Of a DNA stretch of 64,000 nt, positions 19,530 through 28,455 are shown in pieces. The translations under genes and the position numbers were made by a program. The number at the start of each line of letters is the position of its first letter. Position 1 is the first letter of the stretch. Origin of the DNA: a phage; the sequence record OZ335958.1, one strand, 5' to 3'. The notes under the pieces are model-generated. The model was not told the DNA's origin. It saw only the letters and a list, made by a program, of their open reading frames with translations, and did no database searches.

Positions 19530-19923
19530 TTTTACTAAATATACAGAATAAGATGGAACAGACTATATAAGCACCACACACAGATTGAACTAATACCATT
19601 CCAAAGAACCAAACAATATTATCAAACAATGTCTGTTTTACGTCGAAAGGACGTAAACTTACAGTAATATTATCACCTTTTTCTATTGAAGAATACATCT
19701 CTGGGGAAATATATTCACTAAATCTATAACCGTCTTTGAGTTCATATACGGCAATAAACGATAAACTAGACCCTTTTCCTTGCGTTCCTGTAATGGTATT
19801 AACTACAGTAACATCATAATCTTTATAATGCATATAATCATTAATTGCGTAATAACCATATGCAATTACTACACATAAACAACATATCAATAAATTCAAT
19901 CTTTTAATTATCAACTGTTTCAT
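19516..19923 (-). CDS. Membrane protein (N- and C-terminal TM helices)
   Basis: 135 aa, LNLLICCLCVVIAYGYYAI and VWFFGMVLVQSVCGAYIVCSILFCIF hydrophobic segments. Confidence 0.5.
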   Translation of the reverse strand: MKQLIIKRLNLLICCLCVVIAYGYYAINDYMHYKDYDVTVVNTITGTQGKGSSLSFIAVYELKDGYRFSEYISPEMYSSIEKGDNITVSLRPFDVKQTLFDNIVWFFGMVLVQSVCGAYIVCSILFCIFSKIEIE

Positions 19924-19978
19924 AATAATCTCAATTAAAAGGGCTTAGAACCATTATACCATCCTTGGTATAAAGCGG

Positions 19979-20506
19979 TTATGCGAGTACCGTCTTTAAC
20001 CGTTCTTCAAACTTCCGAAGAGTATTTTGGCGTTCAGCTCTTTGCTTTTTGTAAGTTTCAATACGCTCTGAAATGAGAGTGTATCGTTCATTTACTGATT
20101 CTTTCATAAAATCAGGAATTTCACGAGAAGCTTTAATCTCGTCAAATTTATCAATAACAGCTTGCTCTTCAGCAATTAAGTTATCATACATTAAAATATC
20201 TTTCTTGATGAACTCAATATCTTCTTGAGTTACACGAGATAATTTAGATGCTTTATCCTTTTTGTACTGTTCGTTAGTATCACGAGACCAGTGTAATGTA
20301 CGATTTTTATTCGTATTTTTGTAAATTTCTACAATACCGATCTCATCAATAATAACGATCCAATTCCAACGGGATTTGTAAATTTGTCCTCCATCAACAG
20401 TGATTTCACCTCCGATTGAGATGTCATTAAAGAACTTGCTTTGTGCCTCAGATTTAAATTTACCATCGTTGTAATTTACCAAGTTGAAAATATCTTTAGC
20501 GTTCAT
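19979..20506 (-). CDS. Hypothetical protein, C-terminal helical/charged
   Basis: 175 aa ORF preceded by an early-promoter motif. Confidence 0.5.
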   Translation of the reverse strand: MNAKDIFNLVNYNDGKFKSEAQSKFFNDISIGGEITVDGGQIYKSRWNWIVIIDEIGIVEIYKNTNKNRTLHWSRDTNEQYKKDKASKLSRVTQEDIEFIKKDILMYDNLIAEEQAVIDKFDEIKASREIPDFMKESVNERYTLISERIETYKKQRAERQNTLRKFEERLKTVLA

Positions 20507-20523
20507 TTTCTGTTCCTCCGTAG

Positions 20524-20564
20524 TTGATAGGGTAATAGTACCACAGAGGAACAGTCTTGTAAAC
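20524..20564 (-). promoter_or_regulatory. T4-type early promoter candidate
   Basis: ttgatagggtaatagtacca...gtaaac (reverse complement GTTTAC ~17 bp TACTATTACCCTATCAA). Confidence 0.45.
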
Positions 20565-20566
20565 CA

Positions 20567-20881
20567 CTAAAAGAAACTTCTTTCACAATTTTTTCCACTG
20601 AACCATGCACTCACTGCTTTCTTAGTCTCAGGAGCAGTGTTATCCATAAACCATTCAAAGGCAGCCTTTTTATGATTCTGGAGGGCTTCTCGGGCTTTAA
20701 TCTGCTCACGGTCTATTAACACTAACATATGAGCCTTTCTTGTCACCATGGGCTTCTTATGATTTTTTGAATACTCCCAGTCATTTGTCCATCGCATTGT
20801 CGTTGCGAACTTAAATACTTCTTCTTTAATTTTAGTTTCGTAAATTTCACGAGCCTTTGAGTATAACATCATTACCTCCAT
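20567..20881 (-). CDS. Hypothetical protein
   Basis: 104 aa ORF. Confidence 0.5.
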   Translation of the reverse strand: MEVMMLYSKAREIYETKIKEEVFKFATTMRWTNDWEYSKNHKKPMVTRKAHMLVLIDREQIKAREALQNHKKAAFEWFMDNTAPETKKAVSAWFSGKNCERSFF

Positions 20882-20970
20882 TCACCAGTTTAATTCTAGT
20901 CATCTTTTTAATGGCAGTCCATATAATCTATTTCTGAACTGCCTTTTTGTCATAGAAGTCCTCTTATGAA

Positions 20971-21957
20971 TTATTTCAGAAGAGTAACCTCAGCGATTTC
21001 TTCCCAACCGTTTTTGTCGGTCATAATAAAGTCAGCAAGATAAAGAGCAGTACGCAGTGAAACATTGCGTAAACGATTAACATTAACTTTCATCCATGAT
21101 AATGCTTTATAAGTTTCTTCATCAGAAAGACCGCGCTTTTGCATCATGTCAGTTGAAAGAATAACATCTTCAACCCTGACCATAATTTCTTCATTAGTAT
21201 GAACACCCAAATCCAAATAAACTGAGCGGGACACTAATGCTTGTAAATGTGGAGCAAGTTTAGTACCGCGGTCTAATTCGCGGTCAATGTCAACGTTTGT
21301 GATAAAAACAATCGTTCCTTTAAATTCAAACTCACGCTCAATGCCTTTTTCTTCTAAGTAAGAAGACGCAGTGCTCCAGCAGACTTTACGGGTCTCTCCA
21401 GTGTCCAGAGCGGCTTTTAGAAGATTAAGAATGTCCATATCAGAGAAAACATCCACATCATCAATCAAAAGGACAGAATTCTCTTCACGATTATTCCAAA
21501 GCTGCTCATAAAGACCAATACCAGAGATTTTACCATTAATGCTTTTATATTCAATGTATCCAATATCATTTGCTTTATTCAAAGCTTTATCTAAAGAATA
21601 CGTTTTACCAATACCTGCTGCACCAGAGATAATCAATGAACGAATATTTCCATTAATAATACCATTCGTCATCATTCCCATAACATTAAATCTTTTATTA
21701 ATGCGGGTTTTCATATCTTCATACGATTCTTTAACTTCTTCAACTTTTACACCATCATATGAAATATCTGATTTGTAAACCCAAACACCGCGACGTTTAC
21801 CGTCAATTTCAACAAAAACTTTACCATCTCCTTGTGCATCTACCGGAGCATTATCTGGGAACCATTCGCCTAAGAGCTCAAAAGTTCCAGAGATTTCTTT
21901 ACCGAAGTAGATACCCTTATTGATAGTTACAGTTTTCATTTTATTCTCCAATTTCAC
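20971..21957 (-). CDS. P-loop NTPase (AAA-like ATPase) of unknown function
   Basis: 328 aa; Walker A GAAGIGKT and Walker B LLIDDVD after a ~100 aa N-terminal domain. Confidence 0.6.
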   Translation of the reverse strand: MKLENKMKTVTINKGIYFGKEISGTFELLGEWFPDNAPVDAQGDGKVFVEIDGKRRGVWVYKSDISYDGVKVEEVKESYEDMKTRINKRFNVMGMMTNGIINGNIRSLIISGAAGIGKTYSLDKALNKANDIGYIEYKSINGKISGIGLYEQLWNNREENSVLLIDDVDVFSDMDILNLLKAALDTGETRKVCWSTASSYLEEKGIEREFEFKGTIVFITNVDIDRELDRGTKLAPHLQALVSRSVYLDLGVHTNEEIMVRVEDVILSTDMMQKRGLSDEETYKALSWMKVNVNRLRNVSLRTALYLADFIMTDKNGWEEIAEVTLLK

Positions 21958-21964
21958 ATTTGTT

Positions 21965-22005
21965 TTGATAGGGTAATAGTATCACACTACTACCCTACTG
22001 TAAAC
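21965..22005 (-). promoter_or_regulatory. T4-type early promoter candidate
   Basis: ttgatagggtaatagtatcac...ctgtaaac motif. Confidence 0.45.
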
Positions 22006-22008
22006 AAT

Positions 22009-22272
22009 TTATTTTAATGTTTGCCAAATTTTTACTGCTTCGCGACGAGATACTTCTACAGCTCCAAGTTCTACGGCTTTTTGGCGTCGGCGAGCATGTA
22101 AGTCATAATGTTTAATGCGTTTATCTTGAAACCAAGAACGTTTCATTCCTATTGCTTCTGCCATTTTATGAAGCTCTTCAATATCTCCATCAGTGAACAT
22201 ATGACAATTTTTAGTTGGATGACCGCGAAGTTTCCATCCATGATTCATTAAAACATCTACGTAAACTGTCAT
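22009..22272 (-). CDS. DUF4031-like small protein
   Basis: 87 aa MTVYVDVLMNHGW...CHMFTDGDIEELHKMAEAIGMKRSWFQ...HYDL...KAVELGA resembles the DUF4031 pattern as recalled. Confidence 0.5.
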   Translation of the reverse strand: MTVYVDVLMNHGWKLRGHPTKNCHMFTDGDIEELHKMAEAIGMKRSWFQDKRIKHYDLHARRRQKAVELGAVEVSRREAVKIWQTLK

Positions 22273-22418
22273 TGATTCTGCTCCAAATATGTTTCTATAA
22301 TTTTCTGAGCGAGATAAACTGCGTTATCTTCAGTTGCATCTTCTAAGAAATTTTCAAAATAAGCTGAAATTTCTTCTGTATCAATCAACTTTTTTACTTC
22401 AATTAACGTAGTTTTCAT
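22269..22418 (-). CDS. Hypothetical acidic small protein (49 aa, below ORF-track cutoff)
   Basis: Hand translation MKTTLIEVKKLIDTEEISAYFENFLEDATEDNAVYLAQKIIETYLEQNQ; ATGA overlap with downstream gene. Confidence 0.3.
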   Translation of the reverse strand: MKTTLIEVKKLIDTEEISAYFENFLEDATEDNAVYLAQKIIETYLEQNQ

Positions 22419-22444
22419 TTTATTCCCCAAATCCGTATCAGTTG

Positions 22445-22482
22445 ATAGTTGTATAGTACCATAAAGCTTTATGCTTGTAAAC
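22445..22482 (-). promoter_or_regulatory. T4-type early promoter candidate
   Basis: gttgatagttgtatagtacc...cttgtaaaccgttttgtgaaaaaatttt; near-identical to the motif at 37440-37470. Confidence 0.45.
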
Positions 22483-22510
22483 CGTTTTGTGAAAAAATTT
22501 TGAAATAAAA

Positions 22511-22532
22511 AAGGGAGCCCGAAGGCTCCCTA
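22511..22532 (-). other. GC hairpin (GGGAGCCUUCGGGCUCCC on minus-strand RNA)
   Basis: aagggagcccgaaggctccctat inverted repeat. Confidence 0.4.
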
Positions 22533-23546
22533 TCATTTATAATAACTTCGATGGTTTTCAAGATAAATCCTCTCAAGGAAGTCATCCCAGAAACCCATGT
22601 CTACTTTTTGCTGCATACCGTTCTTAGAAGCTTCAATGGAAGCTGCTTCTACTTGATCGACTACATCTTCCAAAAACTCTTGAACAGTTTTAAATGGATG
22701 TTTACCCAACTTCACGTCGAGAATAAATGGAGCATCTTGAAGTGGATAGACTAAGTCACCAGTTTTGTAAATTTCCAATAGTTGGAGTCCACCACGGCAA
22801 GCATGACTCAGAGCTTTCCAGTCAATGCCCTCATTAGCTTCGGCCTTACGAGCGCGTTCGCCGTATTCAGCATCAAGTTTATTCAAAGATTGCTTAAGCT
22901 CGATAAGAGAAAGCGTTGTTTGATATTTACGACCCAACACGGTGTAGAACGTTTGTGGTCCTGTTTTCTCATGATTATGGAATACCCATTCACAGAATTC
23001 GTTCTCTGGAAGACGATGCTTAATATCTTCAACTTTAGTTCGACGCTGCTTAATGGAACCGTCTTCTTGGTAATCAACCCATTGCTCAGGGATTTGATTA
23101 ACTACTTTCAATACATCACGTAATGCGGCCAAACGAGAACCCTTGACACCATATTTAGAAGCTTGCTTGCGAACATATCCTAAATAGGATTTCATGTTAG
23201 TCGTATAAAAACGAGAACGATTGTCTTGAATAAACTTCCATACATCAGGCAAATCAGATTTAACTACCAGTTCAGGTGGAGTATGGAGCATATCCAATGC
23301 TACAGTTTCACCATCTGCTGCTAATTTAAAGAAATACTTAAGACTGTATAGTTCATGGTCAATATCATCTTTAGTGTTTTTAGATGATGTGTTGTTAGTG
23401 TTTTTACTCATATGCTCTTTAACATTTCCGATAAGAATATCACGAGCAGGAGGAACAAAGATTTCTTTAAAATCTACATCAGATTCTGGAGTAGAAGTTC
23501 CATAAAGATGACTACCAAAATAGCTTTTCATTACTGTTTTCATCAT
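22533..23546 (-). CDS. Pol-beta-superfamily nucleotidyltransferase-like protein
   Basis: 337 aa; N-terminal hG[GS]-x(9-13)-D-h-[DE] signature YFGSHLYGTSTPESDVDF and a later acidic residue in ETVALDMLH; C-terminal helical domain. Confidence 0.5.
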   Translation of the reverse strand: MMKTVMKSYFGSHLYGTSTPESDVDFKEIFVPPARDILIGNVKEHMSKNTNNTSSKNTKDDIDHELYSLKYFFKLAADGETVALDMLHTPPELVVKSDLPDVWKFIQDNRSRFYTTNMKSYLGYVRKQASKYGVKGSRLAALRDVLKVVNQIPEQWVDYQEDGSIKQRRTKVEDIKHRLPENEFCEWVFHNHEKTGPQTFYTVLGRKYQTTLSLIELKQSLNKLDAEYGERARKAEANEGIDWKALSHACRGGLQLLEIYKTGDLVYPLQDAPFILDVKLGKHPFKTVQEFLEDVVDQVEAASIEASKNGMQQKVDMGFWDDFLERIYLENHRSYYK

Positions 23547-24004
23547 TCAGCCTTATATTCAATAACAGGACATACTTTAGCTTTACGCGCTTTTAAAAAT
23601 TCGACGATAATAGATTTCTTGGGTTGAATAGGAGGTAAACCTTTATACGCCCTATCAATATTTTCTACATGTAAAGCATAATCCTTTTTCCATTTATAAT
23701 CTTTATATTTTTCATGCAGTTGTGCAGGAATAACAAATGAACCAATAATAAGTAAAACAAGCAAAATGGCAAGTATAAATGCTGATGGAATAAGAGTCCA
23801 TAAACTACCAAAAATAAGCCATTTCTGTATGATTTCTGCACAGATAATAGTTAGACCTGCGAGTATAGTACATCCGAAAAAAGAAACGAAAAATGCAGGG
23901 ATAACAATAGACCAAAAATATGCACAAAGTGTCTTAGGTCGTTTCCATTCGTCGTTAAACATTTTGAATAATTTATAATGCCAAGAGTTTTCATTAATAA
24001 TCAT
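23543..24004 (-). CDS. Membrane protein (2-3 TM helices)
   Basis: 153 aa, hydrophobic segments FWSIVIPAFFVSFFGCTILAGLTIICA and LIPSAFILAILLVLLIIGSFVI. Confidence 0.5.
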   Translation of the reverse strand: MIINENSWHYKLFKMFNDEWKRPKTLCAYFWSIVIPAFFVSFFGCTILAGLTIICAEIIQKWLIFGSLWTLIPSAFILAILLVLLIIGSFVIPAQLHEKYKDYKWKKDYALHVENIDRAYKGLPPIQPKKSIIVEFLKARKAKVCPVIEYKAE

Positions 24005-24006
24005 AA

Positions 24007-24528
24007 TTATCCTTTCATTGAAGGTGTAACAGTTGTTAAATACTTAATCATAGCTTCAGCTTCTGATTTTGATAATGAAATTTCTCCATTATTTTGACGA
24101 ATAGAAATAAAATCCGGATGACGGTCACCACCAGCTTTTAAAACACACATATAAGTATCAGTTTCATCTTCAATATTTGAAATGATTGAAGCAGTTCCAC
24201 ATGAATGTGGTTTTTGATAAACTAATACAGCTTTTCTTCCACCGTTTGACTGTTCATAAACTTTTAATACATCAAACAAATCACTTCTTTTATCAATAGC
24301 TAAGATGTTGTTTTCATCTTCAATGTTAAATCCTTCGGATACTTCATAAAGTGTCACCCATAAATCGCCAATATCAATAACAGCGTTCACTTTTCCATGA
24401 CTTTCAAGAGCATGACAAATTTTCTTGATTTCATCATAACTCATTTTAATAATATCATCTCCTTGAATAAGAAAGATGTCATTTTTAAATTCAACACGAA
24501 TTAAACCGCTTTCACTTGAAATAAACAT
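24007..24528 (-). CDS. Hypothetical protein, paralog of adjacent ORF
   Basis: 173 aa; C-terminal LSKSEAEAMIKYLTTVTPSMKG resembles neighbour's FTKDEAIALKTYLDSVIPTMISK. Confidence 0.5.
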   Translation of the reverse strand: MFISSESGLIRVEFKNDIFLIQGDDIIKMSYDEIKKICHALESHGKVNAVIDIGDLWVTLYEVSEGFNIEDENNILAIDKRSDLFDVLKVYEQSNGGRKAVLVYQKPHSCGTASIISNIEDETDTYMCVLKAGGDRHPDFISIRQNNGEISLSKSEAEAMIKYLTTVTPSMKG

Positions 24529-24534
24529 ATTTCC

Positions 24535-25092
24535 TCACTTTGAAATCATAGTTGGAATGACAGAATCAAGATAAGTCTTTAGCGCAATAGCTTCGTCTTT
24601 GGTAAATGTGACAATATGTGATCGAAAATCATCAATTTGACGAATAGTTAAGACATCTCCATCTTCATAACATTTTGATAAATTTAAAACAGTTTCATCA
24701 TTTTGATTGCAAGCGTTAGTAATAATAGCATTGCAATTTTTGAGCCATTTTAAACTATGTTTTCTTTCATTAGAATAATAAAAATATTTAATCTTATCTA
24801 TAAAACTATCCCAATGGATAACTGATAAACACATTGACTCACTTTTAATATTAAATCCTGGGCATGAAGAATAAAAATGAATTTTGTGCTCATCATTGAT
24901 GCTTACTATTTTATCAGTATAAGGATATTCAATTTGGGTTAAATGAATGATTTCACTAGGCGTAAAATATAGCATATCGTCTTCTTGTGTCAAACGATAC
25001 ATATTATTTACTTTTTCTATAGCTAATTCACCAAAAAGCGGACTAACTTCTAATACTAATCGTTTCATATTGATTCTCTTCGACTCACTCAC
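24535..25092 (-). CDS. Hypothetical protein, paralog of adjacent ORF (ORF-track start is GTG; ATG at ~25068 possible)
   Basis: 185 aa; shares C-terminal motif with 24007-24528. Confidence 0.5.
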   Translation of the reverse strand: MSESKRINMKRLVLEVSPLFGELAIEKVNNMYRLTQEDDMLYFTPSEIIHLTQIEYPYTDKIVSINDEHKIHFYSSCPGFNIKSESMCLSVIHWDSFIDKIKYFYYSNERKHSLKWLKNCNAIITNACNQNDETVLNLSKCYEDGDVLTIRQIDDFRSHIVTFTKDEAIALKTYLDSVIPTMISK

Positions 25093-25221
25093 AATTACAT
25101 ACTCCTTTGAATAATATCAATAATGTTGTTCACCAGATTATAAGTAAACATTGGATAATTATATTGAATCATCACATACACAACAAACAAAACTTTCATT
25201 CTCTTCTCCTTGGCAGTTGAC

Positions 25222-25257
25222 AAGATTACTATATCATAACCTTGCCAACTTGTAAAC
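25222..25257 (-). promoter_or_regulatory. T4-type early promoter candidate
   Basis: attactatatcat...cttgtaaac. Confidence 0.4.
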
Positions 25258-25259
25258 CA

Positions 25260-25433
25260 TTAAATGACGTTTTCAATAAAATTCTGAAGCTTTGTGTGAG
25301 CATCAACCATGATTTTCATTTCTTCCTTTGCGAAAGCTGTACCTCTTTCCCTAGCAGAATACTCATAGTCAGAAACTGCGTTAGCATATTCTTCAATTAG
25401 CTTCATTAAAAACATCTGCTTTTCAGTTTTCAT
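25260..25433 (-). CDS. Hypothetical small protein (57 aa, below ORF-track cutoff)
   Basis: Hand translation MKTEKQMFLMKLIEEYANAVSDYEYSAREG... Confidence 0.3.
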   Translation of the reverse strand: MKTEKQMFLMKLIEEYANAVSDYEYSARERGTAFAKEEMKIMVDAHTKLQNFIENVI

Positions 25434-25617
25434 TATTCCACCTAATCATTTCAAGATATTGAACTAACTTAGCTTTGGATTTATCCAAATCCTTTTTAGC
25501 TGCTTCTATACCATCGTATGAGTATCCTTCACAATGCTCAACTGCTAATTGATATGAATCTATTTCAACATCACGTGCTAATTTAATAATTTTTTCAAAC
25601 TGTTCACGTGTTAGCAT
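25423..25617 (-). CDS. Hypothetical small protein
   Basis: 64 aa ORF. Confidence 0.45.
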   Translation of the reverse strand: MLTREQFEKIIKLARDVEIDSYQLAVEHCEGYSYDGIEAAKKDLDKSKAKLVQYLEMIRWNNEN

Positions 25618-25619
25618 AC

Positions 25620-25859
25620 TTAAACTCTCGTATTATGATCGATAATTTCATCAAGAAACATATCTAAAGCTTCTACAGCATTATCAACTTTAGCTTCAAA
25701 TTTTTCAATACCTTTATTTGCAATGCCTGCCGAAAACCAAGCAAAGTCACTAAGTTCCTCATCTGCTTTGCGAATTAAAGCTACCAATTCTTTAATTTTA
25801 TCTGCTTGTTCAATTCTAGTCATTATTCCACCACATATGAAAGAGAGAATATTGCACAC
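25620..25859 (-). CDS. Hypothetical small protein
   Basis: 79 aa ORF. Confidence 0.45.
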   Translation of the reverse strand: MCNILSFICGGIMTRIEQADKIKELVALIRKADEELSDFAWFSAGIANKGIEKFEAKVDNAVEALDMFLDEIIDHNTRV

Positions 25860-26011
25860 GCCATATGAGTTGCAGCTTCATCACACATATCATAACGTTT
25901 CTTAAGAAGTTCTACAAGTTCTTCACTAGTAACTTCATCCATGTCGACGAAAAAATCACCATTAATGATGACATAGATATTTCCTTCTTGATTGAGTGCT
26001 TCAATTTTCAT
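25823..26011 (-). CDS. Hypothetical small acidic protein (start at internal Met with AAGAGGAG Shine-Dalgarno)
   Basis: ORF-track 25823-26056 trimmed to Met 16; the upstream codons are occupied by the promoter. Confidence 0.45.
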   Translation of the reverse strand: MKIEALNQEGNIYVIINGDFFVDMDEVTSEELVELLKKRYDMCDEAATHMACAIFSLSYVVE

Positions 26012-26029
26012 GATGTTCTCCTCTTTATC

Positions 26030-26069
26030 CGATGGTTGTATAGTATCACAGCTCAAATTGAAAGTAAAC
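26030..26069 (-). promoter_or_regulatory. T4-type early promoter candidate
   Basis: ggttgtatagtatcac...aaagtaaac. Confidence 0.4.
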
Positions 26070-26083
26070 CGGTAAAATGAAAA

Positions 26084-26103
26084 AAGTCTCCCGAAGGAGA
26101 CTA
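26084..26103 (-). other. GC hairpin (AGUCUCCUUCGGGAGACU on minus-strand RNA)
   Basis: agtctcccgaaggagact inverted repeat. Confidence 0.4.
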
Positions 26104-26106
26104 ATG

Positions 26107-26493
26107 TTATTCGAGGGAAAGAAGATATTTACTCTGGTAAAACATCCCAGTGATATCATCTATCGTGCTTTGAATGGCTGGAGGCATTTCTTTATAAATG
26201 CTGTTAGATTGATCTAGTATGTGATCAATCATTTTAATTGTATCGGTAGGAAGTTTACTGGCGTCTGGAATAGAAGGCGTGTATTTTCTACCAGAATACC
26301 CTAAATATTGCTCACCAAATTTATCAATCAAATCTGGCAATTCAGAGAAAATAAAATCGTATGCTTTGTGTCTAGCATAACTTTTAGTTTCAAAATGTGC
26401 AGAATGAAAATAAGCTTGTGCAGCCATTAATAAACCTAAGTATTCATCTGCCTTTGAAGGTTTTCCACTTTGTGAAAAGTCGCTGAATTTCAT
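26107..26493 (-). CDS. Hypothetical protein (T4 rI.-1 position)
   Basis: 128 aa ORF immediately downstream of rI. Confidence 0.5.
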   Translation of the reverse strand: MKFSDFSQSGKPSKADEYLGLLMAAQAYFHSAHFETKSYARHKAYDFIFSELPDLIDKFGEQYLGYSGRKYTPSIPDASKLPTDTIKMIDHILDQSNSIYKEMPPAIQSTIDDITGMFYQSKYLLSLE

Positions 26494-26783
26494 TCAGTCT
26501 CCAATTTAATGTTCATAATTCTAGCGTATGATTGTGCCATCTCCGCGCCTCGCTCTATACATTCAAAATCGGAAGAGCACGGGTCATTTTTATAAGTCGT
26601 TCGCATAAAACTATAGAACTGTTCAGATGATTCTACGCTTTTATTTTCAAAAAGCATATAAACGTGTCTAATACCAGATTCCATAAATTTATCAAAATGA
26701 GGATCGACATTCGCTTCAATTGGTGGAGATAAAGCAAACGCTAATCCTAGCATGGCAAATAGTGCCGTTGCTTTTAAGGCCAT
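26490..26783 (-). CDS. rI: Lysis-inhibition regulator rI (periplasmic, signal peptide)
   Basis: 97 aa with N-terminal signal-anchor MALKATALFAMLGLAFALSPPIEA; size and sequence as recalled for T4 rI. Confidence 0.7.
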   Translation of the reverse strand: MALKATALFAMLGLAFALSPPIEANVDPHFDKFMESGIRHVYMLFENKSVESSEQFYSFMRTTYKNDPCSSDFECIERGAEMAQSYARIMNIKLETE

Positions 26784-26795
26784 AAAGGCCTCCTA

Positions 26796-27008
26796 TCATT
26801 TTTGTCCTGTATTTACTTTATGCCGATGCACGGCCTTAACTTTATCAAGGTATTTTTCAAAATTTCGCAATCTAGTATAGTCTGCCGGAGATTGGTTGAG
26901 TGATACTTCTCGACGCAAAGCTGAAATGATATTTCCAACTTCCCTACGAATTTCATCTAATTGAAGAACAGTAAGATTGCGAAGTTGCTTTTCAGTTAAT
27001 TGTAGCAT
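26796..27008 (-). CDS. Hypothetical small protein (T4 rI.1 position)
   Basis: 70 aa ORF. Confidence 0.45.
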
Positions 27009-27050
27009 ATATACCCCTTTAGTTAGATAAACCTATTTATAACTTTTGCA

Positions 27051-27632
27051 CTAACCGAGCTTTTTAGTTAATTCATTCCAATGTTTTCTACACAAAGAAA
27101 CATAAATTTCATCACCAATACAGATTTGATTACCTTCTTTAACCGGTGTTCCATCTTCCATTAATCGAGCTGTCATAATAGCCTTTTTACCACAATGACA
27201 AACTGCCTTTAGTTCAATAAGTTTATCTGCAATCGCCAAAAGTTCTTTAGAACCTTCAAATAATTTTCCAGCGAAATCAGTCCTTAGTCCATAAGCCATA
27301 ACAGGAACACTATATGTATCAACAATTCGGCTTAATTGATGCACCTGTTTAGTTTTTAAAAACTGGGCTTCATCTACAAATACACAATGAATATCTTTTT
27401 GTGCTTCAGCCCATTTATAGAACTCAAAAATATCCATATCATCCGTAATAATATTCGCTTCCTGCTTAATTCCAATGCGAGAAACGACTTCACAGACAGA
27501 ATCACGAGTATCAATAGCAGGCTTAAGAACTAATACACCCATTCCGCGTTCTTTATAATTATGTGCAGCAGTCAAAAGAGAAGCAGATTTTCCAGCATTC
27601 ATTGCTGCGTAAGTAAAAATTAAACTCGCCAT
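27051..27632 (-). CDS. tk: Thymidine kinase
   Basis: 193 aa, P-loop AAMNAGKSASLL and C-terminal CHCGKKA...C zinc ribbon typical of TK. Confidence 0.9.
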   Translation of the reverse strand: MASLIFTYAAMNAGKSASLLTAAHNYKERGMGVLVLKPAIDTRDSVCEVVSRIGIKQEANIITDDMDIFEFYKWAEAQKDIHCVFVDEAQFLKTKQVHQLSRIVDTYSVPVMAYGLRTDFAGKLFEGSKELLAIADKLIELKAVCHCGKKAIMTARLMEDGTPVKEGNQICIGDEIYVSLCRKHWNELTKKLG

Positions 27633-27641
27633 ATCACCTTC

Positions 27642-27827
27642 TTAAAGCGTATTCACATAAGCTATTAATTCGTTTTCTTTCTTATCAAACCGATCAGCAA
27701 ATTCTTCTTGCTGATCGGGAGATAGCGGGCCGTATTCATCATAAAAGGTGTTTGCTTCTGTATGCTCATCTAGAAGTTCATGGATAAGCTCAAACAATTT
27801 ATCTTTTTGTTCTTTACTCAGACTCAT
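27642..27827 (-). CDS. Hypothetical acidic small protein
   Basis: 61 aa ORF. Confidence 0.45.
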   Translation of the reverse strand: MSLSKEQKDKLFELIHELLDEHTEANTFYDEYGPLSPDQQEEFADRFDKKENELIAYVNTL

Positions 27828-27997
27828 ATATTAATTTCCAGGAGTTTTAAAATAATTCGCTTTTGCTTAAATATTTCCATAGTTAAATGACCAGTATCTT
27901 TTTGACCGATTCCAATGGCAAAACCTTTATTGACAGCGAGTTCAATTAAATTATCAAGCTCACGTAACACTTCATATTGTAACTCAAAACTATTCAT
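27824..27997 (-). CDS. Hypothetical small protein (57 aa), translationally coupled
   Basis: Hand translation MNSFELQYEVLRELDNLIELAVNKGF...; ATGA overlaps at both ends. Confidence 0.35.
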   Translation of the reverse strand: MNSFELQYEVLRELDNLIELAVNKGFAIGIGQKDTGHLTMEIFKQKRIILKLLEINI

Positions 27998-28200
27998 TTC
28001 GGTTTACCTTCTTTAACGAAATCGGGATAAGGATAAAATCCTGAATAAAATCCTTCACCTTTATGATTGATGCATCCTTTATTAGAACAATAGCACCAAT
28101 AATCGAAATCACAAGCCATTTCATCATTACATAAAGCAAAAACAACTGGCCATTCACACTTTTCGCAGTGGGCATTTTTAAGAATACTTGTTTGGCTCAT
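27994..28200 (-). CDS. Cys-rich small protein (gene B), probable zinc binder
   Basis: MSQTSILKNAHCEKCEWPVVFALCNDEMACDFDYWCYCSNKGCINHKGEG; start set at the Met that forms an ATGA overlap with upstream gene A1. Confidence 0.5.
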   Translation of the reverse strand: MSQTSILKNAHCEKCEWPVVFALCNDEMACDFDYWCYCSNKGCINHKGEGFYSGFYPYPDFVKEGKPK

Positions 28201-28382
28201 AACCATGTAACCTTTAAACAATATTCTTCTACGTGTTGTTTACGACCTTTCTTATCAATAAAGGTATATTCAACGAATGTTCCAATATAGTCTTTATCTA
28301 CACCATGTGGACTATTAATTGGGCATTTAGTACGGCAAATGCGTTCCCATTGACGAATAATTTCCACTTTGTTTTTAGTCAT
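28197..28382 (-). CDS. Small protein gene A copy 1 (61 aa, N-terminus created by the duplication junction)
   Basis: MTKNKVEIIRQWERICRTKCPINSPHGVDKDYIGTFVEYTFIDKKGRKQHVEEYCLKVTWL. Confidence 0.45.
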   Translation of the reverse strand: MTKNKVEIIRQWERICRTKCPINSPHGVDKDYIGTFVEYTFIDKKGRKQHVEEYCLKVTWL

Positions 28383-28455
28383 TACATAAAGCAAAAACAA
28401 CTGGCCATTCACACTTTTCGCAGTGGGCATTTTTAAGAATACTTGTTTGGCTCAT
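28375..28455 (-). pseudogene. Truncated 5' copy of gene B (26 codons) generated by the tandem duplication
   Basis: MSQTSILKNAHCEKCEWPVVFALCND then stop at the repeat junction. Confidence 0.5.

Noticed and set aside
19941-19978. Promoter-like motif aaccattataccatccttggtataaagc
   Set aside because: Contains a -10-like element but lacks the GTAAAC partner at the right spacing; not reported as a promoter.
27990-28175. 61 aa ORF MPTAKSVNGQLFLLYVMMKWL...
   Set aside because: Alternative frame of the Cys-rich gene B region; the in-frame ATGA-coupled reading is more parsimonious.
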